A DNA stretch of 38,644 bases from Firmicutes bacterium UBA3567 (GTDB lineage: Bacteria > Bacillota > Thermosediminibacteria > Koleobacterales > UBA3567): positions 1-38,644 of the forward strand of contig DFNM01000154.1 of assembly GCA_002376045.1 (NCBI GenBank). Reading direction: 5' to 3'. The notes beneath the pieces were generated by a model. The model had not been told where the DNA came from and did no database searches. It saw only the letters and a program-made list of their open reading frames with translations. This document shows positions 35,830 to 38,644 of the stretch, in pieces. Each line of letters opens with the position of its first letter. The stretch's first letter is position 1. The position numbers and the translations under genes are program-made.

Positions 35830-36864
35830 ATGGATGAAGATGTTACAAAACAGAGTGGAAAGCCGTTGAATTTACCCCTGTTGATTATAATCCCCCTTAC
35901 GGTATTCGTGATTTTTGCGATAACCCTTTACGTGTGGATGGAAAAACAGGTTACTATTAATGACGATGGAAAGCTTATTACTGTGAAAACAATGCAGCCA
36001 ACAGTTGCCAGGGTACTGGAAGAAAACAACATAACCATCAACCCTGAAGATATGGTGAAACCAGGTTTAGAGGAAAAGGTTAAAGAAGAAATGGAAATCC
36101 TGATAAAACGGGCTTTTCCTGTTGCTATTAAGGTAGATGGTAAAAACCTCACCATTAAAACAACGGACACTATTGTTATGTCGGTGCTTAAACAAGCGGG
36201 GATTAAGCTTAATCCCAGGGATAGAGTTCAACCGGGCCTCGATTCAAAGGTATATCCAGGTATGGAGATCAAAGTTATCCGAGTGACTGTGGAATACATC
36301 ACGGAAAAAGAAAGAATATACTATCATCTTATCAGGAGAAAAAATGACAAACTGGACAAAGGCGTTACAAGGGTCGTTCAGCAGGGGCATGAAGGTGTTA
36401 AAGAAGTCACATACAAGGTAATCTATGAAGATGGTATAGAAGTCAAAAGGGAAAAGCTGCAGGAAAAGGTATTAAAAGAAAAACAGGATAAGATAGTGGA
36501 ATACGGAACACGAGACTCTTTCGTAAACTCAAGGGGTGAAAGGATTCGGTTCACGAAGGCATTGACCGTGATTGCTACAGCATATGATTCAGGTTATTCT
36601 TCCACAGGGAAAAGACCAGGGGATCCGGGTTATGGTATAACCTACACAGGAATACCTGCTAGAAGAGGAGTAGTGGCAGTAGATCCCAGAGTTATTCCCC
36701 TGGGAACCAGACTATATGTAGAGGGCTACGGATATGCCCTGGCAGCCGATATAGGGAGTGCTATAAAGGGCAACAGAATAGACCTGTATTATGAATCATA
36801 TGAAGAAGCAATGAGGTATGGCCGAAAAAAAGTAAAGGTGTATATCCTTGCTGATCAAAATTAA
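35830..36864 (+). CDS. yabE: YabE-like cell wall protein (TM, DUF348 repeats, G5, 3D domain)
   Basis: ATAY, VAVDPRVIPLGT, AADIGSAIKGNRIDLY; position between tatD and rsmA. Confidence 0.9.
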   Translation: MDEDVTKQSGKPLNLPLLIIIPLTVFVIFAITLYVWMEKQVTINDDGKLITVKTMQPTVARVLEENNITINPEDMVKPGLEEKVKEEMEILIKRAFPVAIKVDGKNLTIKTTDTIVMSVLKQAGIKLNPRDRVQPGLDSKVYPGMEIKVIRVTVEYITEKERIYYHLIRRKNDKLDKGVTRVVQQGHEGVKEVTYKVIYEDGIEVKREKLQEKVLKEKQDKIVEYGTRDSFVNSRGERIRFTKALTVIATAYDSGYSSTGKRPGDPGYGITYTGIPARRGVVAVDPRVIPLGTRLYVEGYGYALAADIGSAIKGNRIDLYYESYEEAMRYGRKKVKVYILADQN

Positions 36865-36871
36865 ATTATAA

Positions 36872-36961
36872 GGTTCTTCTTCATTTTAGCTGAGTTAAAT
36901 GTCATGTGAGCCCAATCCGGTCAATTGTTTAACTGTTATAGCTTTCTCCAGAACTGTCAAG
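36872..36961. repeat. Dispersed repeat copy 2, ending at TGTCAAG
   Basis: About 79% identical to 28666-28743 by hand alignment; same orientation; lacks the hairpin. Confidence 0.75.
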
Positions 36962-37207
36962 ACATACATGCTGCACCGGCCGCATCAATAAAAATTTCAA
37001 GCCGTATTTGGAATCCTTGGGATATAAAGTCAAACTGAACCCTATAGATGCTTAATCCAATTTTTTTTCAAAATCCAAGCAGAAACTGGCAAAACCTAAG
37101 TTCAAATAACCGTTTGTCTTAGGCCTACTTTATTATTGTCTTTTTACCATAAACTGTTTTCAGTGGTATAAAACTTTTCAGCAATTTGATATAATGGACT
37201 GGTGTGA

Positions 37208-38077
37208 ATGGATGATAAACTCACTTCTCCCACAACTATCAAAAAAATAATACAGCATTTTGGTTTTAGGTTTTCCCGCAGTCTGGGTCAGAATTTTTTA
37301 ATAGACGAAAACATACTCAATAAAATTGTAGAGGCTGCTGAATTGAAGAAAGATGATGTGGTTTTAGAAGTGGGCCCTGGTTTAGGCACCATGACGAGAA
37401 AACTAGCTTCTAGAGCCGCAAAGGTGGTAGGTGTTGAAATAGATAAATCCCTTATCCCTATTCTGACTTATACCCTAAAAACCTGCAACAATGTTGAGAT
37501 CATAAACGATGATTTTTTAAAATTGTCTTTAAACAATCTTATAGATACGTCTTTTAAGGGCCGAAACATTAAAGTCTTAGCAAACCTGCCGTATTATATT
37601 ACAAATCCCATAATCTTGAAACTGCTGGAAAACCATGAGTCCATAGAGCTGATGGTCTTTCTGGTGCAAAAAGAGGTTGCGGAGCGAATAACAGCCGGGC
37701 CGGGTTCCAGAGATTATGGGGTGCTTTCGGTAATTGTGCAGTTTTTTTGTGAAGCCCGTTTGGTCTCTGCTGTTCCGCGAACCGTTTTCATGCCCAAGCC
37801 CAAAATCGATTCGGCTATACTAAAGCTGATACCCTACAAAAAAATTTTATATGATGTTGGGAAAGAAAGCTTTTTTAAAGTAGTAAAGGCCAGTTTCGCT
37901 TACCGTCGAAAAACTATTTACAACTCCCTCAAAAAATCTCAGGGACAAAATCTAAGTCCTCAAAAGATCAAAGAAATTCTACAAACAGCAGGAATAGATG
38001 AGACGCGAAGGGCTGAACACCTCAGTATCAAAGAGTTTGCCAGGCTGGCAAAAGCTTTTGAGGGTTGCCTTTTGTGA
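37208..38077 (+). CDS. rsmA: 16S rRNA dimethyladenosine transferase
   Basis: LGQNFL, EVGPGLG, ANLPYYIT, QKEVAERI, RRKT. Confidence 0.96.
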   Translation: MDDKLTSPTTIKKIIQHFGFRFSRSLGQNFLIDENILNKIVEAAELKKDDVVLEVGPGLGTMTRKLASRAAKVVGVEIDKSLIPILTYTLKTCNNVEIINDDFLKLSLNNLIDTSFKGRNIKVLANLPYYITNPIILKLLENHESIELMVFLVQKEVAERITAGPGSRDYGVLSVIVQFFCEARLVSAVPRTVFMPKPKIDSAILKLIPYKKILYDVGKESFFKVVKASFAYRRKTIYNSLKKSQGQNLSPQKIKEILQTAGIDETRRAEHLSIKEFARLAKAFEGCLL

Positions 38078-38127
38078 GAATATAAATTATACTTTGTATT
38101 AGAATGTTTTTAAAAGGGTTGAACTTC

Positions 38128-38604
38128 ATGAAAATAGCCTTTATCAGTCCATCTAAAGGCAGATTGTCTTTAGATGAAGTCTTTGAAGACATTAAAGCAT
38201 ATATACTTGAAAAACCAAAATTCAGATACAAGCTGATAATCGGAACGGATTCACACCTCAGAGAAGATGTTTGTTTTGTTACGGCTATAATCGTTCACCG
38301 CATAGGGAAAGGAGCCCGTTACTACTACCGCCGTATTTACAAGCAGAACATCATAAATCTTCGGCAGCGAATTTTTACAGAAACATCTCTATCCCTGGAA
38401 ATAATGGACCTCCTGAAGCCAGAGCTTGATAGGATGAAGCATCTCAACATGGATATAGAGGTGCATGTGGATATAGGGGAGAAAGGAGACACCAAGGAAC
38501 TGATTAAAGAAGTGGTTGGCTGGGTAATGGGAAGCGGATACACTATCAAGATCAAACCGGAGGCTTCAGGAGCTTCAAAAGTTGCTGATAAATACACGAA
38601 ATAG
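38128..38604 (+). CDS. RNase H-like YkuK/DUF458 family protein
   Basis: IIGTDS, TAIIVHRIGKGA, ETSLS, EVHVDIG, IKPEA...ADKYTK. Confidence 0.87.
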   Translation: MKIAFISPSKGRLSLDEVFEDIKAYILEKPKFRYKLIIGTDSHLREDVCFVTAIIVHRIGKGARYYYRRIYKQNIINLRQRIFTETSLSLEIMDLLKPELDRMKHLNMDIEVHVDIGEKGDTKELIKEVVGWVMGSGYTIKIKPEASGASKVADKYTK

Positions 38605-38610
38605 AGGCTT

Positions 38611-38640
38611 AAAAATGACCTGTGTTCAGGTCATTTTTTT
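38611..38640 (+). terminator. Rho-independent terminator
   Basis: aaaaatgacctg-tgtt-caggtcattttttt. Confidence 0.87.
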
Positions 38641-38644
38641 GCAT

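Overview
Chromosomal window from an anaerobic, probably spore-forming Bacillota (Clostridia-like: csfB/gin, abrB with a Spo0A box, T-box riboswitches). It has three parts. (1) 202-17752 is a 15-gene, all plus-strand accessory cluster: PucR-family regulator, N-carbamoyl-amino-acid amidohydrolase, dihydroorotase, canonical PyrK/PyrD, deaminase-type amidohydrolase, a second divergent PyrK/PyrD, a degenerate M20 hydrolase, an AOR-family W/Mo oxidoreductase module (Fe-S subunit, AOR, MoaD, FAD oxidoreductase) and a TRAP transporter. pyrR, pyrB, carAB, pyrE and pyrF are not in the window, so it reads as a catabolic pathway: pyrimidine synthesis run backwards (orotate to aspartate) plus a parallel branch for an unknown related N-heterocycle. 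This is the best candidate for an undescribed system. (2) About 17940-20020 holds three eroded pseudogenes (alkaline phosphatase, YibE/F, UDP-glucose dehydrogenase). (3) 20177-38604 is the conserved backbone csfB-tmk-darA-yaaR-holB-ricT-yabB-rsmI-abrB-metG-tatD-yabE-rsmA, with insertions (YugP-like peptidase, NHL lipoprotein, T-box-proC, ald and MarR remnants, radical SAM) and two diverged copies of a ~90-bp element, one attached to a GCGAAGC hairpin with back-to-back promoter-like motifs. All calls come from reading motifs by eye; no database searches were run.
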